Shown here: positions 63,799 to 64,000 of the stretch, piece by piece
How positions within the stretch are numbered: the first letter of the stretch is position 1
How the letters are laid out: each line of letters starts with the position of its first letter
Source: Vulcanimicrobiota bacterium
GTDB lineage: Bacteria; Vulcanimicrobiota; Vulcanimicrobiia; Eremiobacterales; Eremiobacteraceae
Assembly (NCBI GenBank): GCA_963805945.1
Contig: CAWDVP010000006.1
Span: 384,001-448,000, forward strand
Length of the DNA stretch: 64,000 nt
Reading direction: 5' to 3'
Made by a program: the position numbers and the translations under genes
Notes under the pieces: model-generated
The model's database searches: none
The model's input: only the letters and a program-made list of their open reading frames with translations
What the model was told of the DNA's origin: nothing

Positions 63799-64000
63799 TT
63801 AGTCGGGGTGCAGGGGTTGGGTCGGCAGCATGCCGGGCGCCGGCACCGGACCGCCGGGCTTGATGCCGCGCATCATGTCATTCCAGGCGCGCGCGATGGC
63901 CGGGTAGATCGTCGACAGACGATGGGTGCCCTCTGCTTGCTCGTAGTATGCTGACGGGATGCCCGCTTGGCGCAGCTGCTGCGCGACGAAGCGCATGTAC
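63799..64000 (-). CDS. 3' end of an unidentified gene (possibly the C-terminus of an alpha/beta hydrolase)
   Basis: Open frame to the window edge: ...AQQLRQAGIPSAYYEQAEGTH... Confidence 0.5.
   Translation of the reverse strand, partial: YMRFVAQQLRQAGIPSAYYEQAEGTHRLSTIYPAIARAWNDMMRGIKPGGPVPAPGMLPTQPLHPD

Overview
A high-GC bacterial chromosome segment with about 60 tightly packed, mostly housekeeping genes. Gene order resembles Firmicutes (yacL-ispD-ispF-gltX-cysE; PASTA-rpe-thiamine kinase-rpmB-DAK2-plsX; cmk-plsC-ispH), yet the window also encodes a TonB-receptor-like outer-membrane protein. A diderm Terrabacteria lineage such as Eremiobacterota/WPS-2 is my guess, not something I can establish. 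Other content: histidine utilisation (hutH, hutU, hutI, formiminotransferase), leucine catabolism (MCC, hydratase, HMG-CoA lyase), the propionyl-CoA/methylmalonyl-CoA pathway, clpC, a folK-GTP cyclohydrolase fusion, a GT-C/PMT glycosylation cluster and a Liv-type ABC transporter. I saw no CRISPR array, tRNA, rRNA, transposase or prophage. The main unexplained signals are four. (1) A 10-codon leader ORF, MSLASSCCCC, upstream of cysE, whose codons are complementary to the cysE Shine-Dalgarno: a candidate cysteine-sensing translational attenuator at the position where Bacillus has a T-box. (2) A near-consensus sigma70 promoter driving a ~180-nt highly structured RNA plus a terminator-like hairpin upstream of clpC. 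(3) About 18 GTAG/GGAG-type REP palindromes, several translated inside proteins or supplying stop codons. (4) Six paralogs of a membrane-anchored, possibly DUF4760-like family, translationally coupled to each other or to unrelated operons. Six single-base insertions break otherwise intact genes and are most likely sequencing errors.
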